64,000 nt of DNA, from assembly GCA_038227875.1 (NCBI GenBank), contig JBBRPR010000006.1:96001-160000 (forward strand), read 5' to 3'. The position numbers and the translations under genes are program-made. The notes beneath the pieces were generated by a model. The model did not search any database. It had not been told where the DNA came from and saw only the letters and a list, made by a program, of their open reading frames with translations. Numbering within the stretch: the stretch's first letter is position 1; each line of letters begins with the position of its first letter. This document shows positions 49,443-59,043 of the stretch, one piece after another. The DNA comes from Planctomycetota bacterium. Its GTDB lineage: Bacteria > Planctomycetota > SZUA-567 > H5-PLA8.

Positions 49443-50171
49443 ATGGACGCGACTTCACTCTACTGGTTCGGGGCGCTCGGCTTCGTCGTGGCTTCGATTG
49501 TCATTGGCATGGCCACGGGAATCCTGCGCCGCCGCTCGCGGATGAAAACAATTCCAAGCAATGCGTCGGATGGGTGGCAACTCCTTCAAATTCAATCGCG
49601 TCGGCAAAGATATTTGGCCGGGCTTTACATATTCTGTACGACTGGCCTGCCTCTGATCGGGTTGTCGGCACATTGGTATTCGCGACAGGAGTTAAATGGC
49701 GGTGGTCGCGCTTTCGTAATACTCTCCGCCGTCCTTGCTTCGGCAGAAGTAATCTGGCTCATTCGATCTTTTCTCGACTACAGATATACCGGCGACGCGC
49801 GCGTTCAACTGAGTTGCGCGACGCCGCTCAAGCGCGACGACGACTTCACACTTCGCATCAACATCCCAGCTCGCGACGCCGCACCCGCGGAAATCGTCGG
49901 GCGCATCGTCTGCATCGAACACGCGGTCGTCCACTTTGGCCGCTTCACGCACATGAAACACACCACCGTCCGCGAGATTCCGCTGAATCTCGCCGCCGCG
50001 CGCTCGGCCGACGGGCGTCTCGCTGGAGAAATCCGCGTGCGCATCCCCGCCGAAAATTGCCCGCCGTCCGGACGCGGCAAATCGTTCAACCACACCTACG
50101 AGTGGCAGCTCCGCGTCGACCTCGCCGGCGGCAAGAACGCGCAGAGCGTCTTTCCGCTCGACGTTATGTAG
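49443..50171 (+). CDS. Hypothetical membrane protein (3 TM + beta-sandwich)
   Basis: Three hydrophobic segments then soluble domain ending YEWQLRV..FPLDV. Confidence 0.6.
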   Translation: MDATSLYWFGALGFVVASIVIGMATGILRRRSRMKTIPSNASDGWQLLQIQSRRQRYLAGLYIFCTTGLPLIGLSAHWYSRQELNGGGRAFVILSAVLASAEVIWLIRSFLDYRYTGDARVQLSCATPLKRDDDFTLRINIPARDAAPAEIVGRIVCIEHAVVHFGRFTHMKHTTVREIPLNLAAARSADGRLAGEIRVRIPAENCPPSGRGKSFNHTYEWQLRVDLAGGKNAQSVFPLDVM

Positions 50172-50246
50172 GGTTGTTTACGCGTGATGAGTTTTAACCA
50201 CATGGACAATTGTCCATATGGTACAGACCTAGTACGCGATTTTTAC

Positions 50247-51233
50247 TCAGTCCTCCGCGAGCAATCTCCCCGGCACAAACACCTGCATCTCCTGCTGCCG
50301 CGGACGCATCAGAATGTGCTGCGCGGTGATCTCCTGAATCACGCCCGGGTCCGAGAGCATGCTCAAGAGTTCCTCGTCGTCGGCTTCCCGCGTGGCGTCG
50401 TACGAATTCAAGAATTCACAGAGCCGGTTAAAGCGCGTGCAGCCTTCCGGCTTGCTCTCTTCCGGCGCGTAAAGTTGGCGGTAGTGATTGGTCGTCATCA
50501 ACGGCCGGCCGGGTTCGCCCCAGCGCAACGCGTGGCGCGTCGGGGTGCGCTCGATCACCACCCGCTCATCGTTCTGCGTGCCGACCAGCGTGATCAGCGC
50601 GGACATCGCCAGCGTCTCGAGACTCAGCAGGTCCAGCGCGGCGCGGAAATTCGCGGCGTCCTCCAGAACTTTGCGCAGGAACAGCAATACCGGGTAGCCG
50701 CCGAGATTCACGCCCTCCGGCGATCGCACGGCGTTGACCACGACCGCGAATCCGCGCGCCGACATTCCCGTCACCGTGCCGATCGACGCCGGCCAGGCCG
50801 CGTGAGCAAAGGCGGGTTTGCCGCTGCGGTGATACCGGATCAGGTAACTGGCGCGAGCCAGCAGCGATTCGGGAAACCAATCCATGTTGCGCGCCACGAC
50901 CGGGCCCGACGGCGTCGGCAGCGCCAGCGTCGAACAACCCAGCGATGCGAGGAACAGATCGTACGAGACATTGGCCAGCATCATGTCGCGCCAGTCGCGC
51001 CCGTGCCGCGCGCCCAGCGCCAGCGCGGCGTCGTGAAAGCGGCCGCCGGTCTTCGCGCGGACGGCATCGGCCAGCGGCGCCGACGTCGGCGGAATCTGCG
51101 CCATGATCGCCGCCAGTAGCGTGTTGCAATGTCCAATCGCCTCCGGCGACAGCGCGGCGTAGCGCGCTTCGGCGGGGAGGTCGGCATCGAGATCAAATGA
51201 GGGGCGTTCTCGCCAGGATTTTTTCTTCAACAT
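50247..51233 (-). CDS. Ntn-hydrolase, C45 peptidase/acid ceramidase-like
   Basis: GCSTLA nucleophile site, ARNMDW, TGMS..GFAVVVN, TTNHY. Confidence 0.88.
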   Translation of the reverse strand: MLKKKSWRERPSFDLDADLPAEARYAALSPEAIGHCNTLLAAIMAQIPPTSAPLADAVRAKTGGRFHDAALALGARHGRDWRDMMLANVSYDLFLASLGCSTLALPTPSGPVVARNMDWFPESLLARASYLIRYHRSGKPAFAHAAWPASIGTVTGMSARGFAVVVNAVRSPEGVNLGGYPVLLFLRKVLEDAANFRAALDLLSLETLAMSALITLVGTQNDERVVIERTPTRHALRWGEPGRPLMTTNHYRQLYAPEESKPEGCTRFNRLCEFLNSYDATREADDEELLSMLSDPGVIQEITAQHILMRPRQQEMQVFVPGRLLAED

Positions 51234-51300
51234 AGTGCGTTTTAGTCTACTCCAAAATCACGCAATTGCACTCATCGCTGTCCGCGTTATCCTTTTATAG

Positions 51301-51687
51301 ATGTGGCCTCGAATTTCCACTGCTGCGCTGGTCTTCGCCGGGATCATGAGTCTCGTGCCATGCTGCTGCATCGGCGCGTTTTTCATCCCAGGTGGAAAGG
51401 TGGCGTCCGGCGGGTGCTGTGCCTGCGCCACATCCTCTACCTCTACCAAGACCAGCTCAGCTTCAAAAACGATCCGTCACGCCGATCGTGGCTGTGCCTG
51501 TTCCAACCAAGCCATGACGCGTGAACTTCCAGCCGTCACCTCCTTGCAAAACTTCGACGCCGCGCCGGCCGATTCCTTCTCGCCCGAACCGCTCTGGCGC
51601 GCCACAACTCTGCTGACCGGCCCGATCAACTATGCTCACGCACCGCCAGACCCGCTGCGCGTCGCCCGCACACCACTGCTGATTTGA
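51301..51687 (+). CDS. Cys-rich small exported protein, DUF2946/CutF-like leader
   Basis: Hydrophobic N-terminus, PCCC, GCCAC, GCAC, C-terminal HAPP...LLI; directly upstream of copper oxidase. Confidence 0.6.
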   Translation: MWPRISTAALVFAGIMSLVPCCCIGAFFIPGGKVASGGCCACATSSTSTKTSSASKTIRHADRGCACSNQAMTRELPAVTSLQNFDAAPADSFSPEPLWRATTLLTGPINYAHAPPDPLRVARTPLLI

Positions 51688-51772
51688 ATTCCTTCGGGAG
51701 CGCTTTATAGGCGTTCCACTCCAAGCGTTTTTGAATTTCTTCGTACTCCGTCGAACCTTTTTGAGGTGAACT

Positions 51773-52999
51773 ATGCGCGTTGCTAAATCCATGCTGTTGT
51801 CACTGCTGCTCGTCGCCGTCGCCGCATTTTCCGTCCGCGCCGAAGACGACCCGAAGCCGCCCTACCTGCCCGTGATCACGCCCAACGGCTCGACGCTGCC
51901 GTACAAACTCGTCGACGGCGTGAAGGTGTTTCACCTCATCGCCGAACCGGTCAAACGCGAGTTTGCGCCGGGGCTGGTGGTCGAATGCTGGGGCTACAAC
52001 GGCCAGACGCCCGGGCCGACGATCGAAGTCGTCGAAGGCGACCGCATTCGCATTTATGTCACGAACAAACTCGAAGCGCCGACCAGCGTCCACTGGCACG
52101 GCATCCATCTGCCCAACGGCATGGACGGCGTGAGCGGCCTGACGCAGCGCCCGATCAAGCCGGGCGAAACGTTTAAATACGAATACACGCTGATCCAGAA
52201 CGGCACCTTCATGTACCACTCGCACTTCGACGAAATGGTGCAGATGGGCCTGGGCATGGTCGGCTTCCTCGTCGTTCACCCTAAAGGTCCTGAAGCGAAG
52301 CCCGTCGACCGGGATTTCGCCATCATGCTCGGCGAATGGTTCATCCCTGCCGGCGGCACACGGCCCGATCCGGCCGTGATGACCGACTTCAATTATTTCA
52401 CCTTTAATAGCCGCGTCTTCCCCGGCACGATGCCGCTGGTCGTGCGCAAAGGCCAGCGCGTCCGCATCCGGATTGGAAACTTAAGCATGGATAATCACCC
52501 GATCCATCTCCATGAATTTCCCTTCCGCGTCACGGGCATCGACGGGTCCAGCGTGCCGGAAGAAAAGCAACTCGCCAGCGGCGTCACCATCGACGTCCCG
52601 CCCGGCAGCACGCGCGACATTCAATTCACCGCCGACGAAGTCGGCGATTGGGCGCTGCACTGCCACAAGACGCATCACACCATGAGCGGCATGGCGCACG
52701 GCATGCCCAATCTCATCGCCGTCGATCAGGGCAAGGTGGAAGACAAAATCGCCAAGCTCGTCCCCGGCTACATGGCCATGGGCAAGACCGGCATGGGCGA
52801 CATGATGGATATGGGCCAGCCGAAAAATATTCTGCCGATGAACTACCCCGGTCCCTTCAGCGCCATCGAAATGGGCGGCATGTTCACCATCGTCAAAGTC
52901 CGCGAGAACATCACGACCTACGACGATCCGGGTTGGTACAAGCATCCAGAAGGCACCGTCGCCGGACCGGTTCCGGAATCGGAAGTGCCGAAGGAGTGA
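51773..52999 (+). CDS. Two-domain multicopper oxidase
   Basis: HWHG, YHSH, HPIHLH, HCHKTHHTM; Met-rich tail; signal peptide. Confidence 0.93.
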   Translation: MRVAKSMLLSLLLVAVAAFSVRAEDDPKPPYLPVITPNGSTLPYKLVDGVKVFHLIAEPVKREFAPGLVVECWGYNGQTPGPTIEVVEGDRIRIYVTNKLEAPTSVHWHGIHLPNGMDGVSGLTQRPIKPGETFKYEYTLIQNGTFMYHSHFDEMVQMGLGMVGFLVVHPKGPEAKPVDRDFAIMLGEWFIPAGGTRPDPAVMTDFNYFTFNSRVFPGTMPLVVRKGQRVRIRIGNLSMDNHPIHLHEFPFRVTGIDGSSVPEEKQLASGVTIDVPPGSTRDIQFTADEVGDWALHCHKTHHTMSGMAHGMPNLIAVDQGKVEDKIAKLVPGYMAMGKTGMGDMMDMGQPKNILPMNYPGPFSAIEMGGMFTIVKVRENITTYDDPGWYKHPEGTVAGPVPESEVPKE

Positions 53000-53004
53000 C
53001 CTTT

Positions 53005-53180
53005 GTAGTCCGGGCGTCTCGCCCGGTCTAACAAAACCCAATTCATGTTTCGTATGAATACTCGGCAATGAAAATCTACCGCGAGAGCAAAGATGTGTTG
53101 CTCCGCAATCGACAAGTGAAACGAACGAATCAGTCACTGATGCAACGACGAAGTTAGACCGGGCGGGACGCCCGGACTAC
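53005..53180. repeat. REPIN/MITE-like element copy C
   Basis: GTAGTCCGGGCGTCTCGCCCGGTCTAAC ... GTTAGACCGGGCGGGACGCCCGGACTAC, central TCTACCGCGAGAGCAA..TTGCTCCGC. Confidence 0.85.
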
Positions 53181-53203
53181 AAATAAAGTGAGGGGAAAAA
53201 CCA

Positions 53204-54628
53204 ATGTCACGCCGTCGTTTGTTGCTCTACGCGCTCCCGGCCACGCTGCTGCTTTCCGGCTGCAGCAATCCGCCGGAACACCGCGGCTTCGAATCGGTGC
53301 AGGCGAAAGTCTCGACGCTGATCGACAAGGACGTCGAGTGGCGCGATCCGGACGACTCCACCACGTTGGCCAGCTTCGATGCGCGCACGCAGGAACTGCT
53401 GAAAACCGAACTAACTCCCGATGCGGCTGTGCAGATCGCGCTCTTGAACAACCGCACGCTCCAGGCCACGTATGAAGACCTCGGTATCGCCAGCGCGGAC
53501 TTGATGGAAGCGGGCATCATCAAAAATCCCGGCTTCAGCATGTACGCGCGCATCCCCGATGCCGCCAGCTCGACGCTGAACACCCAATTCTCCATCGCCA
53601 TGAATTTCATCGACATCCTCCTGCTGCCGCTGCGCAAAAAAGTGGAAGGCATGCGCTTCGAAGCGGCCAAGGCTCGCGTCACCATGGCCGTGCTGGAACT
53701 CGTCAGCGATGTACGCATGAATTACTACAAACTGCAGGGCGAAACCGCGCGCCTGAAACTTCGCAAGACCGCGTTGGAAGCCGCGCAGGCCGGCTCCGAA
53801 TTCGCGGAGAAGCTCGGCAAGGCCGGCAATATGTCCGAACTCACCGTGATTCCCCGCGTCGCGCTCTTCCACCAGGCCACGCTCGACGTCGCCAAGACCG
53901 AACTCGAACTGATCAGCCTTCGCGAAAAAATGAACCGCCTGATGGGCCTCTCCGCCGACCGAAAATGGACGATCGCCGCCGAACTACCCGCGCTGCCCGA
54001 AAAAGAAACGCTGCCAGCCGCCGACACGCTCGAAGCCATCGCCGTCGCGCAGCGCGTCGACCTGGACGTGCAGCGCCAGGACGTCGCGATTATCGACAAG
54101 GCCCGCGCCATGCACCACTGGGGCGTCTACACCGCCGTCGAACCCGGCGCCAACACCGAGAAGGAACCCGACCGCGTCCGCGTCACCGGCCCGCAGTTGA
54201 ATCTCGACATCCCCATTTTCAATCGCGGCCAGGCCGACCGCGCGCGCTTCCGGGCGCAACTGCGGCAGGCGCAGGACAAGCTCGAAGCACTGGAACAAAC
54301 CGTGCGCTCCGAAGTCCGCGAGGAATACGCGCACATCCTCGCCGCGCGCAACGCCGTCGAATACTACCGCGACAGCATTTTGCCGCTGCGCCTGCGCGCG
54401 CTCTCGCTGACGTCCGAGCATTACAATGCGATGACCGTCGGGCCGCTCGACCTGCTCTCGGCCAAGCAGGACCAGATTTCGTCGCAGCTCGAACAGACCG
54501 AAGCGCTCCGCGACTATTGGATCCATCGCACGGAGCTGGAACACGCGCTGGGCGGGAAGTTACCCGGGGCGGCTCCGGCGCCAATTTTCACGCCGCCACC
54601 GGCGCCAGCGGCATCTGTAAAGGAGTAG
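53204..54628 (+). CDS. TolC-family outer membrane lipoprotein (copper-resistance type)
   Basis: LSGC lipobox, AVQIALLNN..LQA, NP, IPIFNRGQ, coiled helices. Confidence 0.9.
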   Translation: MSRRRLLLYALPATLLLSGCSNPPEHRGFESVQAKVSTLIDKDVEWRDPDDSTTLASFDARTQELLKTELTPDAAVQIALLNNRTLQATYEDLGIASADLMEAGIIKNPGFSMYARIPDAASSTLNTQFSIAMNFIDILLLPLRKKVEGMRFEAAKARVTMAVLELVSDVRMNYYKLQGETARLKLRKTALEAAQAGSEFAEKLGKAGNMSELTVIPRVALFHQATLDVAKTELELISLREKMNRLMGLSADRKWTIAAELPALPEKETLPAADTLEAIAVAQRVDLDVQRQDVAIIDKARAMHHWGVYTAVEPGANTEKEPDRVRVTGPQLNLDIPIFNRGQADRARFRAQLRQAQDKLEALEQTVRSEVREEYAHILAARNAVEYYRDSILPLRLRALSLTSEHYNAMTVGPLDLLSAKQDQISSQLEQTEALRDYWIHRTELEHALGGKLPGAAPAPIFTPPPAPAASVKE

Positions 54629-54715
54629 CCAAAAAAACTCCACAACGCTCGCCACGCTTCGTTTCGTGGGGTATTATGCCCTGCACACGATTTTTACGGA
54701 GAGCGGCGCCGCGGT

Positions 54716-55744
54716 ATGAAACTGAGTTCGTTGGTATGGGTGTTGCCACTGGCACTGCTGGGGCTGGTGCTTTACGTCGGCATCTCCGCCTTGCGCGCCG
54801 CTCCCCAGGGGCCGGAGAAACCGCCTGCCGTTCAGACAAACACCAGCGAAAATGCATTCCCGCGTACGGTCGTCGAAAGCAACGGTCACGAAGTCGTCAT
54901 CAAATCCCGCCCGATGCGCATCGTCCCCAGCGATTGCGGCCCGGCCGACATGCTCGCCGCGGTCGTCGATCCCAAGCAGATCGCCGCGCTTCCTGACACC
55001 GTCGACACCTTCGGCGGAGCCACCGAATTCTACAAAGCCAACCCGCAGATTCCGCGCTTTCAAAAATTCGATACGGAAACCATCCTCTCGTTCAAACCCG
55101 ACATGGTGATCTTCACCACCTACCGCGACCCGTCCATCGCCAGCTATTTCGAAAGCCGCGGCATTACCGTCGTCCGCTTCGAGAACTTCCGCACGTTCGA
55201 AGGCATCCGCGGAGGGCTTGCCGCCGTCGGCCGCGCAGCGGGCGAAGACGCGAAGACCAAGATCGCTCTCGACGATTTCGACCGCCGCCTGAAGGCCATC
55301 GAGACCGCGTACTCCGGACGCCCGAAACCGCGCGTGATCAGCTACTCCAATTATGGCAGCGGCTTTGCCGTCGGCACCGGCGAGAGCGAGGACGAAGTGA
55401 TCCGCCGCGCCGGCGCGACCAACATCGCCGCGGAATTGAATCTCGCCGGACACGTCAACTTTTCCTTCGAACAGCTGCTCAAGGCCAATCCCGATTGGAT
55501 CATCACGTTCGGCGATCAGGAGCTCGACAGCCCGCAGGCCCGCTTTCTGCTCACCGAACCGACGCTTGCCAATCTCGCTGCGATCAAGAACCGCCACATT
55601 GCGGTGATTCCCGACCGCTATTACTCGTCGATCTCGCCCTCCATTCTCGATGCCGTTGAAATTCTCGCGCATCAGCTCCATGCCGACGCGTTTCCGAAAA
55701 AGGACACTGGCACGGGCGCAGTAGCCCCCGAGCCCAAGCCATGA
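54716..55744 (+). CDS. Cobalamin/Fe-siderophore ABC substrate-binding protein
   Basis: PMRIV, ETILSFKPDMV, AGATN, EQLLKANPDWII, AIKN. Confidence 0.88.
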   Translation: MKLSSLVWVLPLALLGLVLYVGISALRAAPQGPEKPPAVQTNTSENAFPRTVVESNGHEVVIKSRPMRIVPSDCGPADMLAAVVDPKQIAALPDTVDTFGGATEFYKANPQIPRFQKFDTETILSFKPDMVIFTTYRDPSIASYFESRGITVVRFENFRTFEGIRGGLAAVGRAAGEDAKTKIALDDFDRRLKAIETAYSGRPKPRVISYSNYGSGFAVGTGESEDEVIRRAGATNIAAELNLAGHVNFSFEQLLKANPDWIITFGDQELDSPQARFLLTEPTLANLAAIKNRHIAVIPDRYYSSISPSILDAVEILAHQLHADAFPKKDTGTGAVAPEPKP

Positions 55745-56895
55745 ACAGCTCCGAACGCGCGCGCTTCCTCACCATACTTTTGCTGCTGGCCACTCCGGTG
55801 CTGGTCCTGTGCGCGACCGCCTACAGCGAAACCGCGTCGGGCACCCTGGTTGATGCGGCGCGCCTGATCGGCGCCAAGCTGCACCTGCTCTCCGTCACCG
55901 ACAACCTCGACAACGAGTTGCTCAAGCTCCGCCTTTTCCGCGCGCTCTGCGCCGCGGGCGTCGGCGGATCGCTGGCGCTGGCCGGGGCGATGGCGCAGGG
56001 ACTGTTCCGCAACCCAATGGCCGAGCCCGGTCTCCTCGGCATCGGCAGCGGCGCGACGCTCGGCGCGGTGCTCGGCATTGCTCTGCTCGGTGGTTACGGC
56101 GCGGCACTGGGACGTTTCGTCGGCGGAGCCGATACCGACAGTGTCACTCCGCCCGCGGGTTTCACGCTGGGCCTCGTGCCGATTCTCTCGCTCTTCGGCG
56201 CGCTCTCGATTGCGCTCACCGTCTACCGCCTCTCCACGCGCGGCGGACGGCTGTCGGTCTCGCTTCTGCTGCTGACAGGTCTGGCGATCAACGCCATCGC
56301 CAGTTCGCTCATGGCAATGATCCAGATGTTCCTGCTCAGCGACTGGCAGGTCTCGCAAGCGATCATGAGCTGGGGCTTCGGCACGCTGGATGACCGCAAC
56401 GCGTTTCAGCTGACGATCATCTGGAGCGGCGCGCTGCTGGCGCTCGCGGCGATTCCCTTCGTCGGCTTGGAACTCGATCTGCTCGCCGGCGGAGAACTCG
56501 ACGCCGCGGCGCTCGGTGCCGACCCCGCGCGCGTCAAGACCATCGTCCTCTCCTGCATCGCCATCGCGACGGCGGCGTCGGTCGCCTTCTGTGGCCAGAT
56601 TGCTTTCGTGGGACTGCTCGTGCCGCACATCGTCCGCATGCTCATTGGCCCCAAGCACCGCGTGCTGCTGCCGCTTTCGTTCCTCGCGGGTGCGACGCTG
56701 CTATTGAGCATGGTGGTGTTTCAGCACGGCGTTTGCCCGTGGTTTGCAGCGAGTTTCCGTGCCGCCAGCCACCCGAGCTGGGGCACCGCGTTCGATCGCA
56801 TCGGGGCGCTGCAGCCGGGAATTCTGACCTCGCTGATCGGCTCGCCGTTCTTCCTCTTCCTTTTATTGCGGCAAGGAAAGCGGGGCGAACTGTGA
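55741..56895 (+). CDS. BtuC/FecCD permease
   Basis: LRLFR, QGLFRNPMAEPGLLGIGSGA, IAFVGLLVPH, GSPFF. Confidence 0.93.
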   Translation: MNSSERARFLTILLLLATPVLVLCATAYSETASGTLVDAARLIGAKLHLLSVTDNLDNELLKLRLFRALCAAGVGGSLALAGAMAQGLFRNPMAEPGLLGIGSGATLGAVLGIALLGGYGAALGRFVGGADTDSVTPPAGFTLGLVPILSLFGALSIALTVYRLSTRGGRLSVSLLLLTGLAINAIASSLMAMIQMFLLSDWQVSQAIMSWGFGTLDDRNAFQLTIIWSGALLALAAIPFVGLELDLLAGGELDAAALGADPARVKTIVLSCIAIATAASVAFCGQIAFVGLLVPHIVRMLIGPKHRVLLPLSFLAGATLLLSMVVFQHGVCPWFAASFRAASHPSWGTAFDRIGALQPGILTSLIGSPFFLFLLLRQGKRGEL

Positions 56896-57749
56896 GCGGC
56901 GGCGAATCCAAGCGCCTCCTGCCGCCCGCGATCTCCGCGCAGAATGTGCGGCTGACGTACGCCAACGGCGTCCGCGCGATCGACGGACTTTCAATGAAGG
57001 TCGCGCACGGCGAATTCCTCGCGATCATCGGCCCCAACGGTTCGGGCAAGAGCAGCCTGTTGCGCGTGCTGACCGGACTGCAGCCGGCCGATTCGGGAGA
57101 AATTCTGATCGAAGGCGAACTGCTCGCGAATCTCGATACCCGCGAGCGTGCGCTGCGCGTGGCGCTGGTGCCGCAGAGCCTTGAGGTGCTTCCGGGCTAC
57201 AGCGTCGAGGATTTTGTGCTGATGGGCCGTTACGCGCACCTCACCGGCTGGCGCTTGTTCACGCCGCGCGACAAGGAAGTCGCGCGCGATTGCCTCGGCC
57301 GCGTCAATGCGTCGAGTTTCGCACACCGCGGCATGAATGAGATGTCCGGCGGCGAACGCCAGCGCGTGATGATCGCCCGCGCGCTCGCCCAGGAAGCGCG
57401 CACGGTACTCCTCGACGAGCCGACCAGCGCGCTGGACCTCGCGCACCAATTAATGGTCTACAAGCTGATTCACACCATGCACCGCGAGGCCGAGCGAACC
57501 ATCGTGGTGGTGACTCACGATCTGAATCTCGCTAGCCAATTCGCCGAGCGCCTGGTCCTGATGCAAAACGGCCGCATCGCCGCCGACGGTTCGCCGAACG
57601 AAGTGCTGAAACGCGAGATTCTCGAAGACGTCTACGGCCGCGACCTGGCCTACGGCATGTTCGACGAAACGATCAGCGGCAAGCCGCGCCCGTGGGTGCT
57701 GCCGCTGGCGAAAGCGCGCGGGAAAGAGACGAGCGAAGGGCTGTCGTGA
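56892..57749 (+). CDS. BtuD/FecE ABC ATPase
   Basis: GTGA overlap; GPNGSGKS, MSGGERQR, LLDEPT, HDLNLA. Confidence 0.93.
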   Translation: MSGGESKRLLPPAISAQNVRLTYANGVRAIDGLSMKVAHGEFLAIIGPNGSGKSSLLRVLTGLQPADSGEILIEGELLANLDTRERALRVALVPQSLEVLPGYSVEDFVLMGRYAHLTGWRLFTPRDKEVARDCLGRVNASSFAHRGMNEMSGGERQRVMIARALAQEARTVLLDEPTSALDLAHQLMVYKLIHTMHREAERTIVVVTHDLNLASQFAERLVLMQNGRIAADGSPNEVLKREILEDVYGRDLAYGMFDETISGKPRPWVLPLAKARGKETSEGLS

Positions 57750-57759
57750 ACGGAGTTCC

Positions 57760-57873
57760 GTGGTCCGGGCATCTTGCCCGGTCCATCTTGAAATTGGGCT
57801 CAACTTCGATCGACACAGCATCTCTTGCAAGAGTACCGCGTCCGTCGCGGACCGGGCGGGACGCCCGGACCAC
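57760..57873. repeat. Shorter variant REP doublet (copy D, GTGG ends)
   Basis: GTGGTCCGGGCATCTTGCCCGGTCC ... GGACCGGGCGGGACGCCCGGACCAC. Confidence 0.75.
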
Positions 57874-57903
57874 GTTTGTTGAACGAACCGCGAATTGCCC
57901 GGG

Positions 57904-58299
57904 CTATTTCTTCACAAACTTTAACGCCACGGAATTAATGCAATACCGCACATGCGTCGGCGCCGGTCCGTCGGGGAAGACGTGGCCGAGGTGCCCGCCG
58001 CAGCGGCTGCAGAGCACTTCCGTTCGCTGCACGCCCAGCGATCCGTCCGTTTCCGTATCGACGTTGTCGTCCTTGACGGGCGCAAAGAAACTCGGCCAGC
58101 CGGTGCCGGAATCGAACTTGGTCTCCGACGAAAACAATTCGTTGCCGCACCCGGCGCAGAGATACGTACCCGCGTCGTGATTTTTCCAGTACGCGCCGGC
58201 GAACGATCGCTCCGTGCCCTTGCGGCGCAGAACGGTGTACTGTTCGGGCGTCAGTTCCTTGCGCCATTCGTCGTCGGTCTTTTCGATTTTTTCGCTCAT
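57904..58299 (-). CDS. msrB: Peptide-methionine (R)-S-oxide reductase
   Basis: [35 protein letters not shown]; two CxxC. Confidence 0.97.
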   Translation of the reverse strand: MSEKIEKTDDEWRKELTPEQYTVLRRKGTERSFAGAYWKNHDAGTYLCAGCGNELFSSETKFDSGTGWPSFFAPVKDDNVDTETDGSLGVQRTEVLCSRCGGHLGHVFPDGPAPTHVRYCINSVALKFVKK

Positions 58300-58317
58300 G
58301 GACTACTCCTCACTGTC

Positions 58318-58998
58318 TTAATCACAGCGTTGAATCCAAATCATGTACCCATGTGAGGCAACCAGTTGATCTGGAGGTCCTCGCTTAAAGTCGCCTTTTC
58401 GCACACGCAGTAATTCTACGGGTTCGTCGCCTGTTCCTTTCCAGATGAGCCCGGGCACCCAATTTCCCGAACTCATTGGGCTGTCGAATACCGTGAGATC
58501 ATAGCCGGTCTTTGAGACTTGAGTCAGCACTCTTCCGTTGGAATCCAACGCTTCAATTTTCAGCATGCCAGAACCGTCAGCAGTATTTTCCTTGACGCTT
58601 ATATGAATCAGAAACTCGCCTGGCGGGAGAGCAAGCTGATCGTTCGACACAGGAGACTTAGCATTCTGCCCGGCCCCTAAAATCCCCTCATTAGAAAAAA
58701 GGACTTCCGGATGGGAATAGCAGATACAAAACCGACGCTCCTTTGGTACGAAAACACGCCATTCGCCCGGCGTACGGAAACTGAATCTGGGAGAAGGTTC
58801 ATCGTGATTGTTATCTCGCACATATAGTAATGTCGAATCCGCGATCTCTAATTCCATCCCAAGTTTGATTCGATACTGATGGTTTTCTTCTTCTAGTCGC
58901 GAAACCTTGGTCTGCATTCCAATCAACATAATTGCCGCTCCTGCAAGCAGCGTGAGAACAATGAGCAACGAGAGTGAGAATCGCAATCGCGACGGCAT
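58318..58998 (-). CDS. Hypothetical membrane-anchored protein
   Basis: RLRFSLSLLIVLTLL N-terminal anchor; AT-richer than flanks. Confidence 0.6.
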   Translation of the reverse strand: MPSRLRFSLSLLIVLTLLAGAAIMLIGMQTKVSRLEEENHQYRIKLGMELEIADSTLLYVRDNNHDEPSPRFSFRTPGEWRVFVPKERRFCICYSHPEVLFSNEGILGAGQNAKSPVSNDQLALPPGEFLIHISVKENTADGSGMLKIEALDSNGRVLTQVSKTGYDLTVFDSPMSSGNWVPGLIWKGTGDEPVELLRVRKGDFKRGPPDQLVASHGYMIWIQRCD

Positions 58999-59043
58999 AG
59001 TGACAAGAAGTGTGACGAAGTTCGACCGAATTACAATCCGGGA

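Noticed and set aside
54629..54715. Cobalamin riboswitch before the Btu/Fec ABC genes
   Set aside because: Gap is only 87 nt and no B12-box is recognisable.
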